Origin: a virus
Lineage: Duplodnaviria; Caudoviricetes
Strand: one strand, 5' to 3'
IMG/VR virus record: IMGVR_UViG_3300009370_000001
DNA length: 64,000 bases
This document shows, piece after piece, positions 1 through 9,703 of the stretch. A program made the position numbers and the translations under genes. The notes under the pieces are model-generated. The model worked only from the letters and a program-made list of their open reading frames with translations, was not told where the DNA came from and made no database searches. Position 1 is the first letter of the stretch, and each line of letters begins with the position of its first letter.

Positions 1-1275
1 GAAGCCCAGCGCTATATTGCTACCGGCGTTTCTCCTATCGAACTACAAAGGGGGATTGAAATTGGTGTACGAGAAATTACAGAAAATCTTAGAGAGATGT
101 CACGGCCAGTGGCCAGCACAGAAGATATTGCACACATTGCTACGATATCAGCCAACAATGATACTACAATTGGAGAGCTTATTGCTCTTGCTGTGGATCG
201 GGTGGGGCAAGATGGGTCTATTACGATAGAAGAATCTCGCTCTTTGGAAACGTCACTAGATATCACCGAGGGGTTTCGCTTCACGTCGGGTTATTGTGCT
301 AGCGCATTTGTGACCGACGAACGGCGCGCGATGCTGCAATATGAAGAGCCCTTGATCTTAGTGACTGATCATAAAATATCAGCAGTTGAATCAGTCCTTC
401 CGTTGCTGGAACTAGTGGCACGGGAGGGTCGACCCCTCGTTATTATAGCTGAAGAAATAGAAGGACAGGCTCTCGCCGCGATGATTATGAACGCCATGCG
501 CGGCACGCTTAAAATTGCTGCCGTCAAGGCGCCTGATTATGGGGAACAACGACGCAACACTTTGAGCGACTTGGCTCTTTCCATAGGAGCTACCTTTATC
601 ACCCGAGAAAGCGGCGTAAAACTTCCTGATGTTAAACTCCAACATTTAGGATCGGCTAGTTCCATTGAATGTACTAAATACAATACAACGGTTATTGGAG
701 GGAATGCTAATTTTGAAGAGGTGGAGGCTCGAATCGAAAGCCTTAAAGAACTAGTTAAGACGACCGAATCACTACAAGAAGCTGAAAGTATTCAGAGTAG
801 AATAGTAAGACTAGCTTCAGGGGTAGGGGTTATTCGTGTCGGAGGAGCCACAGAGGTTGATATGACTGAAAAGAAACATCGCATTGAAGATGCCTTAGAG
901 GCGGTGAGATCTGCACAAGAGGAAGGGATTGTGACAGGCGGGGGTACCGCGCTCCTCCGAGCTACCAAAACATTAAACTTTTCAGAACTGGACAATAGCG
1001 ATCAAGCACTTGGCATCGCCATTGTCAAGGAGGCATGCAAAGAGCCGATTCGACAAATGGCTTTAAATGCCGGCGCCTCTGCCGATCTAGTATTAGAACA
1101 GGTAAGCGCCACGGAAGGGAATCAAGGATGGGACTTTCGCCGCGGCGAATTAATAGACTTATATGAAAATGGAGTAATCGATCCCGTGAAGGTCACGCGC
1201 ACTGCGTTGCAAAACGCCGCTAGCTGCGCGGGCACCTTAATCACTACTAATTTCGGGATCATACAAACGGAGTAA
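1..1275 (+). CDS. groEL: Group I chaperonin GroEL/Cpn60, 5'-truncated by the window edge
   Basis: Frame is open from nt 1 (EAQRYIATGVSPIELQRGI). Motifs AAVKAPDYG, GVGVIRVGGATE, RIEDALEA, GGGTALLRA, GVIDPVKVTRTALQNAAS. No C-terminal GGM tail. Confidence 0.97.
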   Translation, partial: EAQRYIATGVSPIELQRGIEIGVREITENLREMSRPVASTEDIAHIATISANNDTTIGELIALAVDRVGQDGSITIEESRSLETSLDITEGFRFTSGYCASAFVTDERRAMLQYEEPLILVTDHKISAVESVLPLLELVAREGRPLVIIAEEIEGQALAAMIMNAMRGTLKIAAVKAPDYGEQRRNTLSDLALSIGATFITRESGVKLPDVKLQHLGSASSIECTKYNTTVIGGNANFEEVEARIESLKELVKTTESLQEAESIQSRIVRLASGVGVIRVGGATEVDMTEKKHRIEDALEAVRSAQEEGIVTGGGTALLRATKTLNFSELDNSDQALGIAIVKEACKEPIRQMALNAGASADLVLEQVSATEGNQGWDFRRGELIDLYENGVIDPVKVTRTALQNAASCAGTLITTNFGIIQTE

Positions 1276-1279
1276 AAAA

Positions 1280-1480
1280 ATGAAAGAAGGCGATTTATGT
1301 TACATACCACAGGCGGTTCAGTTATTTGATCAACAAGACCCGTATGTTATAACAACACAAAAACCAATAGCAGCTATCTACCTGGGGGATAAGCATCCCC
1401 GCCATGCTTTGCTGTGGGTAAAGGGTCGAGAAATGTTAGCGCAGAGTCGACATGTTTATCCCATGGAGGAACGATGTTAA
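1280..1480 (+). CDS. Hypothetical protein (MKEGDL-type start)
   Basis: ORF tightly packed after groEL, co-oriented. Confidence 0.6.
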   Translation: MKEGDLCYIPQAVQLFDQQDPYVITTQKPIAAIYLGDKHPRHALLWVKGREMLAQSRHVYPMEERC

Positions 1481-1764
1481 TTAAACTCACGGAAGTGTGC
1501 GCCAATGGGGCCGTTACTACGAGCCAGCGTTATACATTGCGAGAAGTATTGGTGAACCCTGAACACGTTATTATGATTCGAGAAGAATCTTCTATGCGTC
1601 AACTGCACGAAGAGGGCTTGGTGCATGCTGGCTTGGACCGTAACCATAGATTTTCTAAACTTACAATTAATCGAGGTCATAACGGGACTGACATCGTAGT
1701 AATTGGAGCCCCAGAGTTTGTAGAAGAACAATTAAAATCTACCAAGCAATTATTAAGAGGATAA
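1474..1764 (+). CDS. Hypothetical protein, weak FlbD/SwrD-like pattern
   Basis: RBS GGAGG before ATG 1474; MLIKLT...VLVNPEHVIMIREE resembles the FlbD N-terminus. Confidence 0.5.
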   Translation: MLIKLTEVCANGAVTTSQRYTLREVLVNPEHVIMIREESSMRQLHEEGLVHAGLDRNHRFSKLTINRGHNGTDIVVIGAPEFVEEQLKSTKQLLRG

Positions 1765-1765
1765 C

Positions 1766-2128
1766 ATGAGAGTTAATATACAATATTCGATTGACACGGA
1801 AGAACTGCCGGAAATAACTGGGACACTGATTAAAAAGGCAATTGAGTCTATAGATATGGACTCTCTAGAGAAATTAAGCCAGCCCTATGAATTGTTAAGT
1901 TTAGAAACTGCCGAAACTATTGATGCTTTGCGTCAAGCGTTGGCCACTACTGATGCTTTATTACAGGATGCTCACAATATTATTATGGGATGGGTAAGAT
2001 ATAAGAGTACCCCTCCCGTTGCCGAGAATGACGCCCCTTCGGTCATCGCACCAGAAGAACTACAGGCCAAATTAGCCGCTTTTAAAACATCTTTAGATGC
2101 ACAGCAGGCCAATGAAGCCGCTGATTAG
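1766..2128 (+). CDS. Hypothetical protein
   Basis: ORF in a tightly packed + strand operon. Confidence 0.7.
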   Translation: MRVNIQYSIDTEELPEITGTLIKKAIESIDMDSLEKLSQPYELLSLETAETIDALRQALATTDALLQDAHNIIMGWVRYKSTPPVAENDAPSVIAPEELQAKLAAFKTSLDAQQANEAAD

Positions 2129-2876
2129 ATATAAAAATGGCAATTTTAAGTGCATCTCAGTAATTAAGGATTTAATCCCGCCGGGGAGCATTGTTCACTC
2201 CCATTTGTTATACAATGGGCAGATTGAGCTAGCGCTAGCCAGCGAGATGCGTTTTGTATGCGCACATACTACCCAATACGTTGTATATGAATTTTGGAAA
2301 TGCGCGATGGACAACCCACAGCGTATGCACGACATTATTACCGCCGGCACACTTAAATTTGATAATGAAAATATGCTGGCGCTGCTTCAGGAGTCGTGGA
2401 CTTCTTTTGCCGATCCTTATGTGCGCGCCAGCTTATTTTTTATACTAAGTAAATGCACTGATGAAGGATTGATCTCTTCGGGGAAACTAACAAACCGGCG
2501 ACTTAGCCCGCTGAGTCTTGCACATTTAAAAAAATTTCGTCCTACTAATTTTCACGTCTCTTTGGATTCTTCTTCCGGGCCTTTCGACAAGATACCGCCT
2601 GTTGAGGATACAGATTATCTCTTATGTCCGGTGGGACAATTTAATTATAATATGCTCGACGAGGCAAAAAGCTTGGGCCCCGAGACCACGTTAGTCAAGC
2701 ATGTACAATTGGCAGAATACTTACAAACTTTAGACCAGCGCTGGGTTGTGGTCTATAAATATCACCCTAGCCTTCTTGAGTTATACAAAGGCTCTCACAT
2801 TATTCAGTGTGATCATTATGGAGAAAAAACAATGAGGCAAAAGAAGACAGCAGAGGTGATCTTTGCCAACTTTTAA
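2112..2876 (+). CDS. Degenerate Dam-like (D12 class) DNA adenine methyltransferase homolog
   Basis: KPLIRYKNGN (cf. PLRYPGGK), VYEFWK, RASLFFILSKC layout; motifs FxGxG and DPPY are absent. Confidence 0.5.
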   Translation: MKPLIRYKNGNFKCISVIKDLIPPGSIVHSHLLYNGQIELALASEMRFVCAHTTQYVVYEFWKCAMDNPQRMHDIITAGTLKFDNENMLALLQESWTSFADPYVRASLFFILSKCTDEGLISSGKLTNRRLSPLSLAHLKKFRPTNFHVSLDSSSGPFDKIPPVEDTDYLLCPVGQFNYNMLDEAKSLGPETTLVKHVQLAEYLQTLDQRWVVVYKYHPSLLELYKGSHIIQCDHYGEKTMRQKKTAEVIFANF

Positions 2877-3213
2877 TATAATGGCAGGCATAGGACTCTT
2901 CATCCTGGGACATATTTTTGCGTGGTTTCAGCTTAACTCTCAATTTGTGTGGGAGTGGTGGCGCGACAAGCCCTTAGTAGCTGTAGGGATTTATTCAATG
3001 CCCGTGGGAACGTGCTTTTGGTATGCAACCAAATTAATTGTGGACGAAACAGGGGCCGCATGGTCGTCGCGATTTCTGGGCTTTGCTGCATCTTACTTTG
3101 TGTTTCCATTATTAACCTATGCGCTCTTAAACGAAAGCATGTTCACACCGAAGACATTAACGTGTATCTTCTTGTCATGCCTAATTATAGCAGTCCAACT
3201 CTTTTGGAAGTAA
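2863..3213 (+). CDS. Small multi-pass membrane protein, DMT/SMR-like
   Basis: About 110 aa with four hydrophobic segments; GAGGTG RBS before the TTG start. Confidence 0.6.
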   Translation: MPTFNIMAGIGLFILGHIFAWFQLNSQFVWEWWRDKPLVAVGIYSMPVGTCFWYATKLIVDETGAAWSSRFLGFAASYFVFPLLTYALLNESMFTPKTLTCIFLSCLIIAVQLFWK

Positions 3214-3255
3214 TGTAAAATAACCAACTATTTATAATGTTGAGGTAAAAATTAT

Positions 3256-6200
3256 ATGAGTTACGCAACCGATAAATGGTTCAACTATCTACGCAACGAC
3301 GTATTAACAGAGGGCGTGCGGGACATCGGACTTCCCGAAGTGGTCATCGACCGCATCGAAAGCACCCTCCCAGACGTATCCGAGAAAACTAAAACTTGGA
3401 TGGGACACCAGTGGAAGGACACGTCCGCCAACAACTTAAATCACTTCACAGGAATGGTACGCTTAACAAATCGAGAAGGCGTTGACCCCGAGGGGCGCGC
3501 CGTATCGGACTTCATGGTTCGTCTCCTTAACATCCTTACGGACTATTCTAGTAAGGGTGAACCAGGGTGGAAAGAACTTTCCCCTGAAGAGGCCGAGGAG
3601 AACGCCAAGAAGGTACGTTATGTGCTGACCAACCTAGCAGGGCCCGAAGGGATCGTTGCTAAAAAGCCTTTCGGCGCATGGAAGCGAGGCTTTGATAAAG
3701 CACTTAAAAATCTCAGCAAGTTAGGGGTTCATAGCGAAATAGTAGGAAAGGTTAAAACGCAATTGTATGCGCTCTTTACTCAAACCTTTGAGATGTTCTA
3801 TCGTCAATATAGCGACGTGTTCCAACTGCTTAATCTGGATCCCACCAACTTTGAATACATCAAGAGTGATACTATAGACGAAGCCGGTCGTACTGCTATA
3901 GAATACCTTGAACAGCGCGAAGATCCCGACCAAATCCTTCACACGTTTGACGACGGCTCTTATTGGTATGATCTTCAAACCTCTAACTGCTCTATAGAAG
4001 CGGAGCGCATGGCTCACTGTGGAGACGCAGACTATAATAATACGATGATTTCTCTTCGTAAGAAAGGGAAAAGACAAAAGCATTCTAAGTCTTATGTGAC
4101 CGTAGAATACGGAAACCATAGCGACACTATCTATCAGATTAAAGGACGTGCGAACTCTGTGCCCCCTGAAGAAACATGGCCCCACATCGCATGGCTGGTG
4201 GACAATCTCGGCGTGGACAGCATCGCAGAAAGCGGCGAGCATTCCAGCGAATACTTTGACGAATTGCTGGATTATCTGCGCAGCCACACTAATGCCACAA
4301 TCGACGGCGGCTTTGAAGCCCGTCAGGAAGCAATGCAAGAAGAATTAGATGAGATTCTCCGCGCTCATGACGGCAATGAAGGTTATGACGTCTGGGCCGA
4401 GGTCTACGATGAAGACATCGGAGAGGGCCAAGTTTATTATTCGGGCGGCGGTAGCATGTCCCTCCAGATTAATCTCGGTTGGCCCGCGATGAAAAGCGTC
4501 GAGGGCGAATACGTGCCGATGGATCTGGAAGGAAACGAACTTTCAGATATTGAGCGCATCCCCACCGATAATAATTGGACCGCCGCCAATGACTTTCTTG
4601 CTGAAGCCGGCATTAAAGACTGGGGCTATGAATTGCCCGGAGAAGAAGAAGAATTTGAATACCGGGTAGAAATGTTAGAGGGGCACGATCCTGCTTGGGA
4701 GATGGGTGATGATGACCCCCCGCGCACCGCACACATCACCATTGAAGTGCAGACGCGCCAGGAAACTTCTGACGACGCTAGCGCTTTCGATTACTTTGCT
4801 AGCGAAATGGAAGGCCATGCTGAAGAGATTAGCGCGACCCAACAGAAGCTACGCACTAAAATGGTGGAAGAAGGTTTCGCCGTCAAGAATGCTTTTGATG
4901 CAGGACGCACCGAGATCGGAGAGCTTGAAGGAGAGCTACAGAACTGGCAGGTTTATAATGAAGGCGGGGAAATTGAATTCTGGTTTAACCCAGAGGTTAA
5001 TGATGAGGGTGGGCGCTATACAATTATCCCCTCCGGTGTCGAGTTTCCCGTTGAGGTATTCTACTACACCGACCCGAGCTTCCGCGACGTGCGAAAGCAA
5101 TTTCAATATGTATGGCCGCATGCCCGAGGATCGCACGCAGGAATGGGGAAAGTAAACTTTAGCGGCGATAAGCTCAACCAAATGATGGCGCAACAGCTTG
5201 GTGCCCAAGATGCTATGGGACAACGTGCGCAACAAAAAGGACAAACTCAATTAGATTTTGGCCCTGAATACGCATGGCAACCGACACCGTTAGAACTTGC
5301 TCGCGACATGGAGTTTATAGTTATTCCGCAGGTTAATTATTTCAGCGACAGCCAGGGCATTAGCGACGTTACCATTTCCTATCGCCTCACCCTTCGCGTC
5401 GATCCTAACGACAACGCAGAAGAGATCGGCAAAACAATAAACATGGTCAAGTATCTGAACAAAAACCCCGAGCAGGTTCAAGAGGCAGCCCACGAAATTA
5501 TCCAGTTTTCGGTTGAGCCTACCCTTGAAAAGGCCGAGACGATGAAGAAAGATATGTTGGATGGCTCGCTAGCCACGACTCTGATAAGAGCCATTAATAG
5601 GCGATATGGGCAACAGGCCCACGATGGCAACAACGAAGCAGAGAAGGTGACACTGCTGGCAAGCTGGGCCCAGAAAAACTGGGGCGACATGACCGCCGTC
5701 GAGAGAACCGCTGTCATTAATACCTATCTTTATCCTGCTAGCCAAGGAGCTTTGAACCTTCACATTCTGGACCTTACAGATATGGACAATCTTTCTCATA
5801 TCGATCAGCTTGGCATGCCTGCCGGTTGGGAAAGCGACGTAAGGGAAGAGTTGCGATATCGCGGCGCGGGCCAAATGGTGCGCAACAACTATAAGTGGGC
5901 CGGAGGCGCCATGGCACAAGATGTGGAAATCAACGAGCCCGAAGATCTGTCGGAAGAGTTGGCCCCTTGGATTGAAACCCCGGAGAGGTATGAAGAGAAT
6001 CAACTTGGTCGAGTAGAAAAGTTACTAGAGAAATTGCGAGATCCTACCCACGATTTGCGCATCTATAATGTACGCGTCGGTTGCAACTTGATTGACCGCG
6101 TTGGTGGAACAGATGCCGAAATTGCCGCTGAAATCCGGGGGATTGATGGGGTCACGACAGTGCGACCTATTGCCGACAGCAAGCGTGAGATCACACCAAC

Positions 6201-6885
6201 AGAAACGTATGTGTTGTTCGACATTAAGTTTGAACTGGTGGGAAGCCAGAGTCGCGTTGAATATAGAGAAGCGATTTTGATTCCGCAGATGCGCCTTATT
6301 GATGGTATAAAAATTATTAACTGGAGCGCTATTCACAAGACCAACATTCAAGGAACGGTGCGCACGGTACGAGAGGCAGCACAGAACCTCTCCGAATATG
6401 GATTTGGCGCTAATACAGGCGCTAGTTTTGGAGGCGTAGCTAAAAATTTGGGTAGCGTTCGCTTCAACCCTTCGGCGGCGCGCCCCACTCCGACGCCTAC
6501 CTTGGATGTTATTGTGCAGGATTGGGCGGAAGGAGGAGTACAGGCATATGACTTTCCTACCAACACTAATGATATGCGTTATCATACTATGATGCCTGTA
6601 TCAGAACTCTGGCATCATCGTTCCGGCTATAGTCGCCACCCCAAGGATATTTTTGATGTGAAATATGGTCATTTTAATGCGGTATATCAGCGCTTAAAGG
6701 ATCAATTAGAAGATCCCAAAGCCTACCACGAGTTTATAAAAGATGGGGCCCATGGACCAGTTTATGTGGCTATTGGAAAGAATGGGAGAGTAAAGATAAC
6801 TGGAAATGAGGATCTAGTGTGGTTCGCTAAAAAAGCGGGTCTTGAAGAGCTACCAGTTTTTCTTAGTTATCAACGACAAGTGTAG
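3256..6885 (+). CDS. 1209-aa mosaic protein with a PcfJ-like domain and a C-terminal ParB/Srx-like remnant; probable virion protein
   Basis: CSIEAERMAHCG...ISLR...VTVEY...IYQIKGRANSVP (PcfJ-like); VKITGNEDLVWFAKKAGLEELPV (ParB-like); N-terminal KWFNYL...LTE leader. Confidence 0.65.
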   Translation: MSYATDKWFNYLRNDVLTEGVRDIGLPEVVIDRIESTLPDVSEKTKTWMGHQWKDTSANNLNHFTGMVRLTNREGVDPEGRAVSDFMVRLLNILTDYSSKGEPGWKELSPEEAEENAKKVRYVLTNLAGPEGIVAKKPFGAWKRGFDKALKNLSKLGVHSEIVGKVKTQLYALFTQTFEMFYRQYSDVFQLLNLDPTNFEYIKSDTIDEAGRTAIEYLEQREDPDQILHTFDDGSYWYDLQTSNCSIEAERMAHCGDADYNNTMISLRKKGKRQKHSKSYVTVEYGNHSDTIYQIKGRANSVPPEETWPHIAWLVDNLGVDSIAESGEHSSEYFDELLDYLRSHTNATIDGGFEARQEAMQEELDEILRAHDGNEGYDVWAEVYDEDIGEGQVYYSGGGSMSLQINLGWPAMKSVEGEYVPMDLEGNELSDIERIPTDNNWTAANDFLAEAGIKDWGYELPGEEEEFEYRVEMLEGHDPAWEMGDDDPPRTAHITIEVQTRQETSDDASAFDYFASEMEGHAEEISATQQKLRTKMVEEGFAVKNAFDAGRTEIGELEGELQNWQVYNEGGEIEFWFNPEVNDEGGRYTIIPSGVEFPVEVFYYTDPSFRDVRKQFQYVWPHARGSHAGMGKVNFSGDKLNQMMAQQLGAQDAMGQRAQQKGQTQLDFGPEYAWQPTPLELARDMEFIVIPQVNYFSDSQGISDVTISYRLTLRVDPNDNAEEIGKTINMVKYLNKNPEQVQEAAHEIIQFSVEPTLEKAETMKKDMLDGSLATTLIRAINRRYGQQAHDGNNEAEKVTLLASWAQKNWGDMTAVERTAVINTYLYPASQGALNLHILDLTDMDNLSHIDQLGMPAGWESDVREELRYRGAGQMVRNNYKWAGGAMAQDVEINEPEDLSEELAPWIETPERYEENQLGRVEKLLEKLRDPTHDLRIYNVRVGCNLIDRVGGTDAEIAAEIRGIDGVTTVRPIADSKREITPTETYVLFDIKFELVGSQSRVEYREAILIPQMRLIDGIKIINWSAIHKTNIQGTVRTVREAAQNLSEYGFGANTGASFGGVAKNLGSVRFNPSAARPTPTPTLDVIVQDWAEGGVQAYDFPTNTNDMRYHTMMPVSELWHHRSGYSRHPKDIFDVKYGHFNAVYQRLKDQLEDPKAYHEFIKDGAHGPVYVAIGKNGRVKITGNEDLVWFAKKAGLEELPVFLSYQRQV

Positions 6886-6894
6886 GTCTTATTT

Positions 6895-7674
6895 ATGGTG
6901 CGTAAAATATTACGACAAACAACAAAATTGATTCTTATAGCAGCCCTCACCATAGCTGCGATTATAGGAGCTTACACTAGCGCAACGAAATCTGTACAGT
7001 TTCCTACAGAAGAAGAAATTACCAGCCTCACCAATGTAGGCCGCTCACTTTCGGCGGGGGAATCGCTAGCGGTCGTTCGTTCTCGTCAAAGTGCAGTGCA
7101 GGTGATGTCATTAGATTTAAATGACGGTGGCATTTCCGCTTCTAGCGGAACTTATGTTAAATATAAAGGAAAATACTTTGTTCTTACCACTTCCCACGGG
7201 GTAGGGGAAGCGTGCCCGCTTACCCAAATCATAGCAGACGATGTATTGTATGACTGTGTTGCGTATGCTTTGCGCGATCCTCAAACTGACTATATTATTA
7301 TTCAGATAAATAAGATACCAGGACGTCTCCCGGTAGAGTTACCTGTCCATGCTCCCCATTCTCACGAATGGCAACGAGATATATCCACTCAAACTACCAC
7401 TTTCTATACTGGATATCCCAACGAAGGTGGCCCTTATACTTTTGATGGAAAGATTGTAGGCTACAAGGAAGGAGAAGCGCTCTTTGTAGATTCTTATGGA
7501 TGGAGTGGATCTTCGGGATCAGGAGTTTTTTCGGACAATGGAAAGCTCATCGGATACGTTATGGCGTTGGAAGTGGGAGAGACTTATTTCGGAAGACAAG
7601 TTTTAGAGAACTTTATCTGGGTTGTTCCACTATTTAAAGTAGATTGGATAGCAGCCGGAGCATTTGCGGATTAA
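6895..7674 (+). CDS. Trypsin-like serine protease with N-terminal membrane anchor
   Basis: VLTTSHGV (His), TDYIII (Asp), GWSGSSGSGVF (Ser); hydrophobic N-terminus. Confidence 0.85.
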   Translation: MVRKILRQTTKLILIAALTIAAIIGAYTSATKSVQFPTEEEITSLTNVGRSLSAGESLAVVRSRQSAVQVMSLDLNDGGISASSGTYVKYKGKYFVLTTSHGVGEACPLTQIIADDVLYDCVAYALRDPQTDYIIIQINKIPGRLPVELPVHAPHSHEWQRDISTQTTTFYTGYPNEGGPYTFDGKIVGYKEGEALFVDSYGWSGSSGSGVFSDNGKLIGYVMALEVGETYFGRQVLENFIWVVPLFKVDWIAAGAFAD

Positions 7675-7678
7675 ACTT

Positions 7679-7912
7679 ATGACAAAAAAACGACAAGAGT
7701 GCTATTTAGGGATTTTTAACAAGATCGATTGTATTGAAGATCGTATTATAGAAATTAAAGAACAATTAGCTAATTTAAAAGAGGGTTTTTTAGGCTCTGA
7801 CAACGCAGAGATATGTGTTGACGAAATAGAAGCAGAAAAAGCATTGCTTGAGATTATGAATGAAACAGCTATTGGCGCACTTCTCGATACAGACCCCCAG
7901 GGGGACGCTTGA
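7679..7912 (+). CDS. Hypothetical protein
   Basis: ORF in operon. Confidence 0.6.
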   Translation: MTKKRQECYLGIFNKIDCIEDRIIEIKEQLANLKEGFLGSDNAEICVDEIEAEKALLEIMNETAIGALLDTDPQGDA

Positions 7913-8259
7913 TGCACGAAGACGACAATGAACTTGTCGAATTAGCAACAGAGCCTGAAGATCTTAAGCCAAAAAAACCGAGCAACAGAGCGCCGGAAGG
8001 CATCAGGACTTTTACTGTTTGCCGACAACACGATGAAAGCGGAGTATCAGGTGAAGGTGTCGTCATTGAAGGCGCGACGTTTGCTACAGGCCACACGGTT
8101 ATCCACTGGCTCACCCCCGCACCGCGCGGCAGCATTGCTTTCTTTGATGCTTTCGATGATTTCATTAAGATTCATGTCACTTCTCATCCTGGCAACGGCA
8201 CTATTATTACGTTTGAAGACGGAGAACAGACTATTTATGACGGAGATAAGGACGAATGA
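7912..8259 (+). CDS. Conserved phage hypothetical protein
   Basis: DESGVSGEGVVIEGATFATG...IHWL pattern recalled from phage hypotheticals. Confidence 0.65.
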   Translation: MHEDDNELVELATEPEDLKPKKPSNRAPEGIRTFTVCRQHDESGVSGEGVVIEGATFATGHTVIHWLTPAPRGSIAFFDAFDDFIKIHVTSHPGNGTIITFEDGEQTIYDGDKDE

Positions 8260-9590
8260 GTTATAAATGGACTAGCGGAAGCGTTCGCCGCGGCGATATC
8301 TATTTTGAAGATGACGATACCGGCGCTGACACTTATATAGACTTTGGCCAAGACACAATAACCTTGCGCCCGAGTGGTGCGGCCATCCTCTATGCCGAAG
8401 AGGATGCAGTAGGTATTGGAACCACCGATCCTCAAACCACTTTGCATGTGAAAGGAGATCCCGGACAATTCCGGGTAGAAGATACTACAGTAGATTATGC
8501 TTATACCGTAGACTGTGACGGAGATGGAATCCGCACCCACTTTGGAGACATGACCGGCGTTGGCGATGAAGATTCATTTATGACCTTCGGCGCATACACT
8601 GGTATTAATCGCTTAGACACAGCGGCCCGTGATTTTCACATCTATGGCACCAACACTACCACCGGGTTCTACTTTGACGAGAGCGCAGGAAAGTTTGGAA
8701 TTGGTGTGACTGCCCCTGACGAAAAATTGCACGTCTCTGGCAATCTTAAAGTTGGCGGAGATGATCCGAGAATTAAGATCGTTGCAGATACCGATGATCA
8801 TCCCGGTGTTGAATTTTACGAGAACAGCACAAGAAAATGGATCATTTACAATAACTATACGAACGATAATCTCACATTTAAAACCGATAGCACTATAAGA
8901 ATGGTAATCGAACAAGACGGGAATGTGGGTATTGGGGTTGGAAACCCTGCGCAGGCATTAGAAGTGGCTGGCAACATCCGAGTGTCCGATAACGGGAACA
9001 TCTATTGCGATGGAACCGGAGAGTTATATTTAGGAAACACAGCGGGGGGAGTAATTCGTGTTGGAGGAGATGGCGGCACCTCAACGGCGCTGGCCTCGTT
9101 TAACCACTTGTCGCTTCAAACCAGCCGAGACGACGACGATATCTTCATTAAGACGGGGGATGCCACCACCACGCGGCTGTTTGTGGAAGGGGATACAGGT
9201 AACATAGCCATTGGCACCGCTGCCCCTGGTTCCACATTAGACATCAGCGGCTCTGTCTCCTTTAATGTTACTTCTTTCGGGGCTTCGGCAAACATTGGGG
9301 ATACTCACTATACATGCATAGGAAACTGTGGCCCTGGTGGTGCTAATGGATCTGTCACCCTTACGTTACCTTCTGCTACTGACGCTATGACTGGTCGCGT
9401 ATATGTTTTTAAGAGGGCCGACACAGGCGGTTCGGCCCCCGGTGGATCCGCCCTCGTGGTCGCTCGTAACAGCGCCTATATTGATGGAGGCACGGACAAC
9501 TTAGAACTCGGCAACGGGGACTGTATCACTATCCAGTGCGTCGGGCAATCATCTGGCTGGATCGTCTTAGGAAATTATGTGCCTATTTAG
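8256..9590 (+). CDS. Tail fibre / beta-rich virion appendage protein
   Basis: Repeated VGIGTTDP / FGIGVTAP / VGIGVGNP / IAIGTAAP units, each followed by LHV.G or LEV.G; C-terminal LTLPSA...GRVYVFKR domain. Confidence 0.7.
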   Translation: MSYKWTSGSVRRGDIYFEDDDTGADTYIDFGQDTITLRPSGAAILYAEEDAVGIGTTDPQTTLHVKGDPGQFRVEDTTVDYAYTVDCDGDGIRTHFGDMTGVGDEDSFMTFGAYTGINRLDTAARDFHIYGTNTTTGFYFDESAGKFGIGVTAPDEKLHVSGNLKVGGDDPRIKIVADTDDHPGVEFYENSTRKWIIYNNYTNDNLTFKTDSTIRMVIEQDGNVGIGVGNPAQALEVAGNIRVSDNGNIYCDGTGELYLGNTAGGVIRVGGDGGTSTALASFNHLSLQTSRDDDDIFIKTGDATTTRLFVEGDTGNIAIGTAAPGSTLDISGSVSFNVTSFGASANIGDTHYTCIGNCGPGGANGSVTLTLPSATDAMTGRVYVFKRADTGGSAPGGSALVVARNSAYIDGGTDNLELGNGDCITIQCVGQSSGWIVLGNYVPI

Positions 9591-9703
9591 GTAAACCATC
9601 GGTGCCCCTCTTACGCAGGGTGGATCAGCGCAGGTAGGTTGGGATCTGCGCCAAATTATGCCTCTTCTGTGAGTTAAAACTACTTACTGAAGAGAGGTTA
9701 ATT

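Noticed and set aside
9604-9651. GC-rich hairpin GCGCAG/CTGCGC after the tail-fibre gene as an ncRNA or terminator
   Set aside because: It is a single short stem with a long loop, no U-tract and no recognisable family motif.
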